Shown here piece by piece: positions 18,495 through 27,968 of a stretch of DNA of 64,000 nucleotides. The stretch's first letter is position 1, and each line of letters opens with the position of its first letter. The position numbers were made by a program, and so were the translations under genes. The notes beneath the pieces were generated by a model. That model did not search any database, was not told the DNA's origin, and saw only the letters and a list, made by a program, of their open reading frames with translations. Origin of the DNA: Phycisphaerae bacterium (lineage in GTDB: Bacteria > Planctomycetota > Phycisphaerae > Sedimentisphaerales > UBA12454); assembly GCA_041478555.1 (NCBI GenBank), contig JBGOWI010000003.1, positions 8,408-72,407 of the forward strand, in the 5' to 3' direction.

Positions 18495-19484
18495 ATGGAC
18501 GGATCGATGAAAGGGATTTTGACTGATACGGTTCTGGTAGGCATAGACGAGGCGGGTCTGGGCCCGATTCTGGGGCCCTTGATTGTCTCGGCAGCCTGTT
18601 TTAGCGTACCGGCAGCCGATAGTCAGGCCGATATGTGGCAGCTTCTGGGCGAGAGCATATCGCCTGAAAAGAAACATCTGGCAGGCAGACTCCTGGTTTG
18701 CGACAGCAAAAAGGCATACACTCCTTCAACAGGAATAGCATTTCTCGAAAAAACGGTGCTTTCCTGCCTTCAATATCTCGGCAAAACGCCGGCATCGGTA
18801 ACAGAGCTTATAGACCTGCTCTGTCCCGCCTGCAAAAACAGACTGGCAGAATACCCGTGGCACAAAGACCTTTCACGTCATGATATAAAATTTAACTATG
18901 ATGATATTGCAATTTCGGCCGGGGCTCTCGGCAGAAACCTCGACAAAAACGGGATGGCCCTTATTACTCTGGCGAGCTTCTGCTTCGATGTAGCTTTCTA
19001 CAACGATATGATTCAGAAGGTCAACAACAAGTCCACGGTGCTTTTTATGGCGGTTTGCAGTCTTGTTGATGAGATAATCAAAGGCACTCAGCACCGCAGT
19101 TTCCATTTCATAATAGACCGCCAGGGCGGCAGAACAAGATACACCCGGCAGTTGAGGACGATGTTTCCTGAGATGGAGCTTAAGGTTCTAAAGGAAGAAG
19201 ACAGCGTAAGCAGTTACGAGCTTTACACATCCTACAAGAATGTAAAGATTGATTTCGCTGTAAAGGCCGATGCGATTTTTCTGCCGGTTTGTTTGGCTTC
19301 GATGGTGAGCAAATATCTGCGCGAGCAGCTTATGGGCTGCATTAACAGTTATTTTCTGGAGAAATGCCGGCAATTGAAGCCTACCGCAGGCTACTGGACG
19401 GACGGCAAAAGATTTATAAATGATTTAAAAACAATTGCTCCCGAAATTCAATACGACCCCAATCAGCTTATTCGCTGTCGATGA
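18495..19484 (+). CDS. Divergent, enlarged RNase HII (RnhB)-family protein
   Basis: GIDEAGLGPILGPLIV (the DEAGRG-type motif), LVCDSKK, ASMVSKYLRE and GYWTDG correspond to the four conserved RNase HII blocks. At 329 aa it is about 100 aa longer than typical. Confidence 0.55.
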   Translation: MDGSMKGILTDTVLVGIDEAGLGPILGPLIVSAACFSVPAADSQADMWQLLGESISPEKKHLAGRLLVCDSKKAYTPSTGIAFLEKTVLSCLQYLGKTPASVTELIDLLCPACKNRLAEYPWHKDLSRHDIKFNYDDIAISAGALGRNLDKNGMALITLASFCFDVAFYNDMIQKVNNKSTVLFMAVCSLVDEIIKGTQHRSFHFIIDRQGGRTRYTRQLRTMFPEMELKVLKEEDSVSSYELYTSYKNVKIDFAVKADAIFLPVCLASMVSKYLREQLMGCINSYFLEKCRQLKPTAGYWTDGKRFINDLKTIAPEIQYDPNQLIRCR

Positions 19485-19548
19485 TTTATAGCCACCAAGG
19501 CACAAAGACACAAAAAAATTAATCACTGATTTTACTGATTATTTTTTC

Positions 19549-20478
19549 TCACCTGCTCAACTGTTCAACTGCTCTGTGTCTTCGTCCAAGGAGGGCCAAT
19601 CCGCCAAAAGTCAGCAAAACAATAGATGCAGGCTCAGGAACCCACACCGCGATACCCCACGGCCTCATCAAACCCGAGGCAAACGTTGACCTGTTTCCGC
19701 TCGAGTCGAATTTATAAATCGTCCCGTCGCCCTCGTCAACCACCACGTAGAGATAGCCGCTGCTGTCAAAGGCAAGACCATTAAGAGAGGGAATGATAGG
19801 CCAGGGGTTGTTCCAGCCCGAGGCGAAAAGAGTGCTGTTTCCGTTCGAATCGAACTTCACAATCGTCTCGCTTCCGGTTGTTGCGTAGAGATTGCCGCTG
19901 GCGTCAAACGCAAGGTCCGTAGCGCTGACCCCCGATGCAAAGATAGACTCATTTCCATTCGTATCAAACTTCTCAATTGTATTATTGTAAGTAATGGCCG
20001 CATAGAGATTGTCGCTGCCGTCGAAGGCAAGACCATACGGTTGGTTCGAGCACGAGACGAAGGTTGACCTGTTTCCGCTCGAGTCGAATTTCTCAATCGT
20101 GCCGTCACGGCTGCTTACGTAGAGATTGCCGTTTCTATCAAAAGCAATACCTGAAGACAGGTTGTTCATATCGGCAAAGGTAGATTGATTTCCGCTCGAA
20201 TCAAATTTATAAATTCCCCCTGGCGTCCCCTGCCGGGCGGCCTTCGTAGTTGCGTAGAGATTACCGTTTCTATCAAAAGCGAAACCTGAAGGCAGGTTAT
20301 TCAAAGAGGCAAAGGTGGATTGATTTCCGTTCGAATCGAATTTCTCAATCGTCCCATCACTCGACACGTAGATAGTATCAGCGTATGTGAAACTGCTGAT
20401 TAGCAGGAATAACACAACGATAGGGAGGAACACTGCGCAAAGCGAATAACAGTTTGTCTTCATTTTCTCTTCCTCCAA
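19549..20478 (-). CDS. Six-bladed NHL-like beta-propeller protein with a PEP-CTERM anchor
   Basis: Six repeats of about 40 aa (GTIEKFDSxGNxSTFAS...LAFDxxGNLY) and a C-terminal VPEPASIVLLTFGGLALLGRRHR. An alternative start exists at 20463. Confidence 0.72.
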   Translation of the reverse strand: MEEEKMKTNCYSLCAVFLPIVVLFLLISSFTYADTIYVSSDGTIEKFDSNGNQSTFASLNNLPSGFAFDRNGNLYATTKAARQGTPGGIYKFDSSGNQSTFADMNNLSSGIAFDRNGNLYVSSRDGTIEKFDSSGNRSTFVSCSNQPYGLAFDGSDNLYAAITYNNTIEKFDTNGNESIFASGVSATDLAFDASGNLYATTGSETIVKFDSNGNSTLFASGWNNPWPIIPSLNGLAFDSSGYLYVVVDEGDGTIYKFDSSGNRSTFASGLMRPWGIAVWVPEPASIVLLTFGGLALLGRRHRAVEQLSR

Positions 20479-20549
20479 CCGAAAATCTTCTACTTTCCTC
20501 TTATGTAAATTATACGTGAATTATACCTGAATTGTCAAGAAAAAAGCCT

Positions 20550-21212
20550 TTAAATCCTTCTCATCAGGCCGACGACAACCCCTGCGATTTGGCAGTTCTG
20601 TGTGTAAATCGGCTCATAGGCCGGGTTTGAAGACTCAAGTCGGATTCTGTCGGTTTCCTTGTAGAATCTTTTTACTGTTGCGTTTTCGTTATCGACGATA
20701 GCGGCAACGATTTTGCCGTTTTGAGCGGTTTGGCTTCGTTTGCATACGACATAATCGCCGTCGAAGATGCCGTCGCCTGTCATACTGTCTCCCTGGACTT
20801 TCAGTGCGAAGGTATCTTCGCCTGAACCGAACTCTGTCTGTAAAGAAATGTATTCGGTGTTTTCGATTGCCTCTATTGGAGCGCCTGCTGCAATTCTGCC
20901 AAAAAGCGGAATACAATCAGCCGGTGCTGATTGGCGATCTTCGAGCGATGCCCGCCCTCCGTCGCTAAAGCTATGGAGGGTCTGCGACTCAAGCAACCTT
21001 TGAGCTTTCCGGGTAAGGCTCAAAGAGCGAGCCCTGCCGGACTGTGCTGAAAGAAGCCCTTTTTCTTTTAGGCCTGCGATGTGCTCGAACACCGTTGACC
21101 GGCTTGTGCCTAACAGGTCTGCCAGCTCCTGAAGCGTTATCGAATAGCATCGGCTCTTCTGAAAGTTTTCTACCTGTTTGAGCACCTGGAGCTGTCTGGG
21201 CGTCAGGTTCAT
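20550..21212 (-). CDS. lexA: LexA repressor (alternative TTG start at 21230)
   Basis: N-terminal wHTH (LTPRQLQVLKQV...ITLQELADLLG) and a C-terminal S24 peptidase (GRIAAGAPIEA, VQGDSM, VKRF). Confidence 0.9.
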   Translation of the reverse strand: MNLTPRQLQVLKQVENFQKSRCYSITLQELADLLGTSRSTVFEHIAGLKEKGLLSAQSGRARSLSLTRKAQRLLESQTLHSFSDGGRASLEDRQSAPADCIPLFGRIAAGAPIEAIENTEYISLQTEFGSGEDTFALKVQGDSMTGDGIFDGDYVVCKRSQTAQNGKIVAAIVDNENATVKRFYKETDRIRLESSNPAYEPIYTQNCQIAGVVVGLMRRI

Positions 21213-21495
21213 CTGACTGGTTGAAATCAATTACATCCTCCAAATTTTCAGTTTTTTCAATATTAGTCAGGGCAAAACTGATTTCGTCAGTATTGCTGTT
21301 TTTTAACAGTTCGGCCGTTTTGACATTTCCTATGATTTTAGCGATGGTTTCGAGGACTTTGCCGATTGGGTTGGCCCCCACGCTTGCTGCGCAAGCAGCA
21401 GAGGGGGCGGGCCAGTCGACAACAAAATCCCCGCCGGGACCAAATCTGCAAACCGGCATATCCTTTTCATCAAAATATCTGTTAAATTTGTCCAT
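20989..21495 (-). CDS. Hypothetical ORF upstream of and out of frame with lexA; only 21231-21495 (about 88 codons) is non-overlapping
   Basis: The 168-aa ORF has a protein-like first half (MDKFNRYFDEKDMPVCRFGPGG...). Its second half is an R/K/P-rich read-through across the lexA HTH coding region. See findings. Confidence 0.3.
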   Translation of the reverse strand: MDKFNRYFDEKDMPVCRFGPGGDFVVDWPAPSAACAASVGANPIGKVLETIAKIIGNVKTAELLKNSNTDEISFALTNIEKTENLEDVIDFNQSDEPDAQTAPGAQTGRKLSEEPMLFDNASGAGRPVRHKPVNGVRAHRRPKRKRASFSTVRQGSLFEPYPESSKVA

Positions 21496-21901
21496 TTTTT
21501 ACTTTCACTTTTAGCCACGAAGGCACCAAGACACGAAGATAATTTTAATTATATCTCATTTTTTCTTAGTGCCTTTGTGTCTTGGTGGCTACATTCGGCA
21601 AGAGATGTTATCGGCAGGCAGCAGCAAAGAACCCTAACAAAAACCGAACAAATCCGAAAAATCTTAAAAAAGTTGTAAAAAATGCAAATTTTGAGCGTAT
21701 ATGAGGTTAATATGAGACTGAAAATTGAAGATTTAAGATTTAAAATTGAAGATTTATAAGAGGCACAAAGGCGCAAAGAATTAATACCAATGGCCAAATA
21801 CCAGCAGCTATCGACTAACACCTGTTTTCTTATCTGACCAGGTGTCGAATCGGTGTCAAAGCAGCATTAGTGGTGCTGTAAAGCGGGTTTATGACAGGCA
21901 C

Positions 21902-21930
21902 TTGACTTTTGGCATATTGCAGCATATACT
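21902..21930 (+). promoter_or_regulatory. Putative sigma70-type promoter upstream of dnaG (TTGACT-17 nt-TATACT)
   Basis: Hexamers at 21902-21907 and 21925-21930 with a 17-nt spacer, 120 nt upstream of the dnaG start. Confidence 0.35.
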
Positions 21931-22049
21931 TATTAGCTTTTTGGAGGTTTAAGCTGCAGGAGGCGGACATTGAAGGTCTAAGGAAGGAAAGGCCTGCCGA
22001 CTACTGCTAAACAGAAATTATTCGGACGAGAAATTGGTTTTCAAAGTTA

Positions 22050-23840
22050 ATGAGAATTGAGCACGGAATAATCAGCCGCGTACAACATGCCAACGATATA
22101 GTTGATGTGATTTGTGAACATGTCAATCTCGTCCGAAAGGGCAGAGAGATGGTGGGGCTGTGTCCGTTTCATGACGACCACAAGCCGAGCCTGAATGTCA
22201 ATCCGGACAAGCAGATATTCAAATGCTTTGCCTGCAGCGCCGGCGGCGATGTAATTAAATTCGTCCAGATGCGCGAAGGATTAAGCTTTATGCGGGCGGT
22301 CGAAAGACTTGCCATAAGAGCAGGGATAAAAATCAGCTTTACAAAACAGATGTCGGACAGCACAGAGTCCGAGATTGACCCTGCTGATATAGAAAAAGTC
22401 AATCGCTGGGCGATGAAATTCTGGCGCAAAAATCTGCTCGAAAAGTCCACAGGAGATAAATGCCGCGATTATATAAACAGTCGGCAGATAACAGAAAAGA
22501 CATCTGAGGAATTTTCATTAGGGTTTGCACCTGAACTGTGGGATGATTTTTTAAATGCCGCGAGAAAACAAAAGATACCCGAAAAGCTGATGCTTGCTGC
22601 TGGGTTGGTTGTAGCGGGTGAACAGGGTCATTTTTATGACAAGTTCCGCAATCGGCTGATGTTTCCGATTATAGACGCTTCCTTGCGGGTAGTAGGATTC
22701 GGAGGCAGAACGCTGGGCGATGACCCTGCAAAATATATGAATTCGCCGTCGTCAATTCTTTTTGACAAGAGCAACTGCGTCTATGGCCTTGACAAGGGGC
22801 GGCATGAAATTGTCTCCAGCGGGACGGTTGTGGTTGTTGAGGGTTATACCGATGTGATTATGGCGCACCAGTTCGGGTGCAAAAATGTTGTTGCCACGCT
22901 GGGCACGAGCTTGACGGCCGGCCATACGAGGCTGCTGCGGCGCTTCGCGAAGGATATCGTGCTGATTTTTGACAGTGATGCTGCAGGGACGACGGCGGCC
23001 GAAAGGGCGCTGGGAATATGCCTTGCTGAAAGGATTGATATTCGAGTTACCTGTGTGCCGCAGGGCAAAGACCCGTGCGATTTTGTGCTGTCGGCAGGCG
23101 GCGAAGCTTTTAAGCAGCTTATTGAAAATGCCGTTGAGGTCATGCAGTACCGCTGGAACAGGCTTTCGGAGAAGTTCGAAAAAAGCGACAATCTAACCGA
23201 GCGGCGGCGAACAATCGAAGAATTTCTTCGGACGATTTCGATAACACTGGCAGGCGGAACGGTTGATGCGATAACACAGGGCCTGATAATCAACAGGCTG
23301 GCGCGGATACTGCAGATTCGGCCGGAAGATATAAGGAGAGAAATTGAGCGTCGAAGCGTATCGTCGGGCAGGGCTGTGATAAATACAATCGATAATGCGA
23401 AGGTTGCAAAAATTGAATCAAGCAGCGGTTTCGGCCAAAAGGCCCAGGAAGAAATAATAGAGGTGGTTTTAAACGAGCCTCGTCTTTTTGAATCGGCTGC
23501 GAAGAAAGTCAAGACGGATGATTTTGATGTTCCTGTCCTGAAAGAAAGCTGGAAGCTTATTGAGCGAATATTAGCAGGGAACACAGAGTTTTCGCTGACC
23601 GATTTGCTCGCACAGACCGAATCAAAGGAAGTATCCAGTCTTGTTGTCAAATTGAGCGACAATGGTCAGGATGTTGAAACTCTCAAAAGACGTCTGGAAG
23701 GAGCGATAGGCGCACTTGAGGAATATAATAACAAAAAGCTCAGCCAAAAAGCAAAAGTTCTGGATGACGAACAGCTCAGGAAGATATCGTCTGTTAAGGC
23801 AAAGCCGGACAGGAGAAATCCGGGTCTGATGCCGATATAG
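22050..23840 (+). CDS. dnaG: DNA primase
   Basis: Zinc-ribbon CPFHDDHKPSLNV...FKCFACSAGGD and a TOPRIM region (VVVEGYTDV, IFDSDAAG). Confidence 0.94.
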   Translation: MRIEHGIISRVQHANDIVDVICEHVNLVRKGREMVGLCPFHDDHKPSLNVNPDKQIFKCFACSAGGDVIKFVQMREGLSFMRAVERLAIRAGIKISFTKQMSDSTESEIDPADIEKVNRWAMKFWRKNLLEKSTGDKCRDYINSRQITEKTSEEFSLGFAPELWDDFLNAARKQKIPEKLMLAAGLVVAGEQGHFYDKFRNRLMFPIIDASLRVVGFGGRTLGDDPAKYMNSPSSILFDKSNCVYGLDKGRHEIVSSGTVVVVEGYTDVIMAHQFGCKNVVATLGTSLTAGHTRLLRRFAKDIVLIFDSDAAGTTAAERALGICLAERIDIRVTCVPQGKDPCDFVLSAGGEAFKQLIENAVEVMQYRWNRLSEKFEKSDNLTERRRTIEEFLRTISITLAGGTVDAITQGLIINRLARILQIRPEDIRREIERRSVSSGRAVINTIDNAKVAKIESSSGFGQKAQEEIIEVVLNEPRLFESAAKKVKTDDFDVPVLKESWKLIERILAGNTEFSLTDLLAQTESKEVSSLVVKLSDNGQDVETLKRRLEGAIGALEEYNNKKLSQKAKVLDDEQLRKISSVKAKPDRRNPGLMPI

Positions 23841-23902
23841 ATAAGTTGATAGTTTTGAATTTTTTAATCAAATAACTTTCAGAAGTTTCAGGGAATGGTG
23901 TT

Positions 23903-25768
23903 GTGACAAAGAAGAAAACAGAAAATAAGGCAAAAAAGGAGCAGAAGACGGCTGTAAAAAAGGCGGAAAAGAAAGTCGAAGCGATAGAATCTGCCGAGAC
24001 TGTACAAAGCCAGCAGCAGCAACCACAGCAACAACCACAGCAGCCACAGCCGCCAGCGGCTGGGCAGCCCCAAAAACCCGGCGATATTATTGAGGAGAAA
24101 ATCAAGCTCATTATCGAAAAGGCAAAAAAGAAGGGCTATATAACCTACGAGGAAATGAATAATGAGCTGCCTGACGAGTCGATTTCGCCCAATCGCCTTG
24201 AAAGTCTTATTATGACCCTCGATGAGATGGGAATAACCCTGCTCGACGAGGCTGAGCTCGAAAAGCAGCGGGAGGAAGAAGACGCCTTCGAGGTTGACGA
24301 CGATGTGCTTGTCGATGAGGAGGCGGCAGAAGAAGAGAGCGAAGATTTGCTGCTTGAGACCGAACTGATTGAGGGAACCATCGGCAGGATAGACGACCCG
24401 GTGCGTATGTATCTTACGCAGATGGGCGAGATACCGCTGCTTACGCGGGAGCAGGAAATATCTCTGGCCCGCAAGATTGAGCTTACCCGGATGGTGTTTC
24501 GGCGAAAGGTGCTGGAAAGCGATTATTCCGCGTTGAATGCTATTGAGATTCTGCAGCAGGTCAGCGAAGGAACACTGCCGTTTGACAGGACGATGAAGAT
24601 GAGCAGCGCTGAAAATCTTGTTCGCTCTGTTGTCAGGAGCAGACTGCCTGAAAATATGAAGACGGTCAACAAGCTGCTGGCCAGCAATGTGAAACTTTTT
24701 GCGGATTTTTTAAAGCAGCAGGACGAAGCAGCGAAGAAGAAAGTGATAAAGCAAATTCGGCGAAGTCGCCGAAAGGTTGCCACGCTGCTTGAGGAATTGA
24801 GCCTGCGAACAAGCAGAATACAGCCTATGATGAAGAAACTTGAGGGAATTCTGTCCAAAATGCGGCAGCTTGAGCAGTATATAGCGGCGGGGCCTAATGC
24901 CGATTACATCGAGGAAGATATCGATGCGATGAAACAGGAGTTCAACGGCTTGCAGGAAATGGTGCTTGAGATACCTGAGCAGCTTGAAAAGCGTCTGCGT
25001 GCCGTCAGAGCGGTCTTCGCACAGTATGAGGAGACAAAGAGGCTGCTTGCGAGCGGAAACTTAAGGCTTGTTGTGTCAATCGCCAAGAAATACCGCAACA
25101 GAGGACTCAGTTTTCTTGACATAATCCAGGAAGGCAATACTGGGCTGATGCGGGCAGTCGACAAGTATGAATACCGCAGGGGCTATAAGTTCAGCACTTA
25201 TGCGACGTGGTGGATAAGGCAGGCTATTACACGAGCCATTGCCGACCATGCCCGGACTATCAGAATTCCCGTGCACATGATTGAAATGATGAGCAAACTG
25301 CGGACAGTAAGCAAAGAGCTTCTGCAGAAGTTAGGCAGAGAGCCGACAATTGAGGAAATTGCAACTGAAACGGCATTGAGCGTTTCAGAGGCCCGCAGGG
25401 TTCTGAAGATTTCGAAGCATCCGATAAGCCTTGACAGGCCGATAGGCGAAAGCGAGGACAGTTATTTCGGCGATTTTATTGAGGACGAGACGGCAGAATC
25501 GCCGGTACAGTCCGCCACGCATGAGATGCTCAAGGAGCGAATCGACGAGGTTTTAAAGACCCTGACCTACCGCGAGCGTGAGATTATCAAGCTGCGTTAC
25601 GGCCTTGGCGACGGCTATACCTATACGCTTGAAGAGGTCGGCAGGATTTTCAAGGTAACCCGCGAACGCGTAAGGCAGGTCGAGGCAAAGGCGATAAGAA
25701 AAATTCAGCACCCGGTAAGATGCAGACGGCTGGAAGGATTTATGGACCATAAAGGTGTTGCATTATAA
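23903..25768 (+). CDS. rpoD: RNA polymerase sigma factor RpoD (GTG start), with a Q/P-rich N-terminal low-complexity tract
   Basis: Regions 1.2-4.2 are recognisable ([82 protein letters not shown]). Confidence 0.95.
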   Translation: MTKKKTENKAKKEQKTAVKKAEKKVEAIESAETVQSQQQQPQQQPQQPQPPAAGQPQKPGDIIEEKIKLIIEKAKKKGYITYEEMNNELPDESISPNRLESLIMTLDEMGITLLDEAELEKQREEEDAFEVDDDVLVDEEAAEEESEDLLLETELIEGTIGRIDDPVRMYLTQMGEIPLLTREQEISLARKIELTRMVFRRKVLESDYSALNAIEILQQVSEGTLPFDRTMKMSSAENLVRSVVRSRLPENMKTVNKLLASNVKLFADFLKQQDEAAKKKVIKQIRRSRRKVATLLEELSLRTSRIQPMMKKLEGILSKMRQLEQYIAAGPNADYIEEDIDAMKQEFNGLQEMVLEIPEQLEKRLRAVRAVFAQYEETKRLLASGNLRLVVSIAKKYRNRGLSFLDIIQEGNTGLMRAVDKYEYRRGYKFSTYATWWIRQAITRAIADHARTIRIPVHMIEMMSKLRTVSKELLQKLGREPTIEEIATETALSVSEARRVLKISKHPISLDRPIGESEDSYFGDFIEDETAESPVQSATHEMLKERIDEVLKTLTYREREIIKLRYGLGDGYTYTLEEVGRIFKVTRERVRQVEAKAIRKIQHPVRCRRLEGFMDHKGVAL

Positions 25769-25793
25769 GGAATAAGCGGGTTAATATTGAATT

Positions 25794-26720
25794 TCAGACA
25801 GCACTCGTTAAGGGTTCGTAATAGTTTTCTGGTTCTGCGCCGATGGTGTTTATGAGTGTGCCGATTTTTTCGATTGTGCATTCGATTTTGTCGCCTGCCT
25901 TGAGGAAGTTTCCCGTTGCCATCGCTACGCCCTCAGGCGTTCCTGTCGCGATGATATCGCCCGGCTCAAGCGTCATTAAATGACTAAGGAATGATACTAT
26001 TTCGTAAACATTAAAAATCATTTCCGATGTATTTGCATTCTGGCGGATTTCGCCGTTGACTTTTAGGGTCATTTGCAAATTCTGCGGATTTTCAATTTCA
26101 TCAGCGGTAACAATGCAGGGGCCCATAGGTAAAAAGCCGTCAGCCCATTTGCCGTTAAGCCAATCGTAAAATTCATCCCACGGCCTTTTTTCTCTGCCGG
26201 CCTTAAAAGTCATACTGCGAGCTGAAATGTCATTTGCAATTGTAAAACCTGCGATATATTTTTTGGCATCTTGAGGGCTGACGCACTTTGCAACTTTGCC
26301 GATGACAACGGCAAGTTCGATTTCGTAATCAATTTCTCTGCTGTAAACCGGCCAGGGAATGGTGCTGTTCGGGTGATTTATAACGGTATCAGGTTTGAGA
26401 AAAGGCCGAGGTACGGTTGTTTTTCGAGGCGAAGCACTCAAACCCAGTTTCAATCCCGCTTCAATGATGTGTTTGGCATAATTGCCTGCGAGAGCGAGAA
26501 TTTTGCCCGGATTAGGTATTGGTGCAAGCAATTCTATTTTATCAGGCTTGATAAATTTTTTGCACCTGGCGATAGTCGATTTAATTTTATTTAAGGTTTC
26601 GTCTCCGCCGGCAATTATGTGTTTTGTGCTCTGGAAGCCGTCCATTAAATTCACAATACCTTTGTCGGTCAGTGCGCCGCAGGAAATTTTTGAATCTTTT
26701 TTAAACGTAACCAGTTTCAT
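25794..26720 (-). CDS. Fumarylacetoacetate hydrolase (FAH)-family hydrolase/isomerase
   Basis: IDYEIELAVVIGK, ANDISAR and LEPGDIIATGTPEGV are FAH-family motifs. Confidence 0.88.
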   Translation of the reverse strand: MKLVTFKKDSKISCGALTDKGIVNLMDGFQSTKHIIAGGDETLNKIKSTIARCKKFIKPDKIELLAPIPNPGKILALAGNYAKHIIEAGLKLGLSASPRKTTVPRPFLKPDTVINHPNSTIPWPVYSREIDYEIELAVVIGKVAKCVSPQDAKKYIAGFTIANDISARSMTFKAGREKRPWDEFYDWLNGKWADGFLPMGPCIVTADEIENPQNLQMTLKVNGEIRQNANTSEMIFNVYEIVSFLSHLMTLEPGDIIATGTPEGVAMATGNFLKAGDKIECTIEKIGTLINTIGAEPENYYEPLTSAV

Positions 26721-26812
26721 CTTTTTAATTTACCTTAATTTAATAGTTTTTTCTTGCTTTTATGGGACTTTGGTCGTAATTATACTGATATATTGACTTA
26801 AGGGAAGAAGTT

Positions 26813-27529
26813 ATGGCGATAAGGGAGTTGATTTCAAGGACCGGCAAATGGTTTTCGGCGAGGAAGGAAAGCCTGTATGAGCCTTTAAGGGAAACGCCGG
26901 TTTCCGACAGGACGGACAATTCTTCCGGCATTATCTCTCGCAGAGGCGAGCCTGTTGACCGCATAGAAACATTGCAGGTGATTCAACGTTCGTTTGAGCA
27001 GCTTGTCGAAAAACTGGGGGGAATAAACGAAAATATCGACCGGCAGATAAAGCAAAATGAAGAGCTCATACAGCGGATGGCTGAATTTCCGCAGCTTTTG
27101 CAGAATTTTCCGGAAAGCCTGAAAAATCAAAAGGCCGTTATCGATGCGATGATTGAGCAATTAAAAGTGCAGGCTCTTAAAAACCAGCAGTTTACAGAGG
27201 CGGTTGAAAAGATTCCTGTCGCTGCCGAGAAACAGACTAATGCTATTTCAGATATGGCGGTGCAGCTTGCAGCTTCCGCTGAGGTTGATGCACAGCTTGC
27301 CGCGGGCTTTGCGAAATTTAACAGCATAACTGATAAATTAAAAGATAATGTTGAGGGCCAGACCGACAGCATAATCCAGTTGAGCAGGACATTTTCCGCA
27401 AGCGACAGATACCTCAAATACATCTTAAATACGCAGCATAAGCGGTTTATGTGGGTTTTTATTGCTGCGTTGAGTGTTTGTGCATTTGCAATTGCAGTGC
27501 TGCTGATTGTAATTTTTCTGCTGAAGTAA
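26813..27529 (+). CDS. Hypothetical coiled-coil protein with a C-terminal TM anchor
   Basis: 238 aa, Q/E/K-rich helical, ending FMWVFIAALSVCAFAIAVLLIVIFLLK. Confidence 0.55.
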   Translation: MAIRELISRTGKWFSARKESLYEPLRETPVSDRTDNSSGIISRRGEPVDRIETLQVIQRSFEQLVEKLGGINENIDRQIKQNEELIQRMAEFPQLLQNFPESLKNQKAVIDAMIEQLKVQALKNQQFTEAVEKIPVAAEKQTNAISDMAVQLAASAEVDAQLAAGFAKFNSITDKLKDNVEGQTDSIIQLSRTFSASDRYLKYILNTQHKRFMWVFIAALSVCAFAIAVLLIVIFLLK

Positions 27530-27602
27530 AAATATTTTAAATTTCCTGTTGCAGACTTTTTTACACCCTGGTATTTTTTGTTTGTTCTTTTGAAAAAAAA
27601 TA

Positions 27603-27795
27603 TCTGATTGCAGGTCCGGCCTTTCAGGTCGGATATGTAAAAGGGAACACGGTGAAAATCCGTGGCGGTCGCGCCGCTGTAAGCGTCTGTCCTGATATAA
27701 TTCAGGAGGCCGAAAGGAGTTGTCCCACTGTTCTTTTTGGATGGGAAGGGTTCTTTCGGCGAAGCGCAAGTCAGAAAACCTGCCTGTGATTGGTG
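27603..27795 (+). promoter_or_regulatory. Cobalamin (B12) riboswitch
   Basis: Core AAAAGGGAACACGGTGAAAATCCGTGGCGGTCGCGCCGCTGTAAG, internal GTCCCACTG, and a B12-box-like AGTCAGAAAACCTGCC (27769-27784) all match the conserved cobalamin riboswitch blocks. Confidence 0.8.
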
Positions 27796-27871
27796 ATTTG
27801 TTGAGGGTTCTCGCGTAAGGAACGCCAGCAAATGCGCCCCTTAGGGGTGTTGTTTGTTTAGATATTTATAA

Positions 27872-27906
27872 GCCGCCGTTCCTTTTGTGGGAACGGCGGC
27901 TTTTTT
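27872..27906 (+). terminator. Intrinsic terminator, probably the riboswitch expression platform
   Basis: 11-bp stem gccgccgttcc / ggaacggcggc with a 7-nt loop followed by T6 (27901-27906). It lies between the aptamer and the RBS GGAGA of the 27969 gene. Confidence 0.65.
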
Positions 27907-27968
27907 ATTGGCTTTTAATTATTCCCACAAAATCCTACGGTTTTTTATGAGAAAAGGAGAAGAAAAGT

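Noticed and set aside
21496-21700. A search by eye for a LexA operator (CTGT-N8-ACAG, GAAC-N4-GTTC, GTTC-N7-GTTC or TTAC-N3-GTAA types) upstream of the lexA unit.
   Set aside because: Only isolated GAAC half-sites were found (aagaaccctaacaaaaaccgaacaaat), with no convincing palindrome or direct-repeat match.
21549-21821. A 90-aa minus-strand ORF in the lexA-dnaG intergenic region.
   Set aside because: It lies entirely in tandem-repeat DNA, is low complexity (Ile/Leu/Ser/Cys-rich) and has no RBS.
22844-23662. A 272-aa ORF antisense to dnaG, with similar long antisense ORFs in smc (for example 12739-13317 and 14846-15370), cas9 and prfA.
   Set aside because: These are Ser/Leu/Phe-rich shadow ORFs opposite confidently assigned genes.
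23794-24111. Cys/Gly/Trp-rich minus-strand ORFs (CGCCGCCCGCCC...).
   Set aside because: They are antisense translations of the CAG/CCA-rich Q/P tract at the rpoD N-terminus.
27127-27831. A 234-aa minus-strand ORF (and a 114-aa one) spanning the riboswitch and the 3' end of the 26813 gene.
   Set aside because: It is antisense to a strongly supported cobalamin aptamer and to a plus-strand CDS, and its composition is low complexity.
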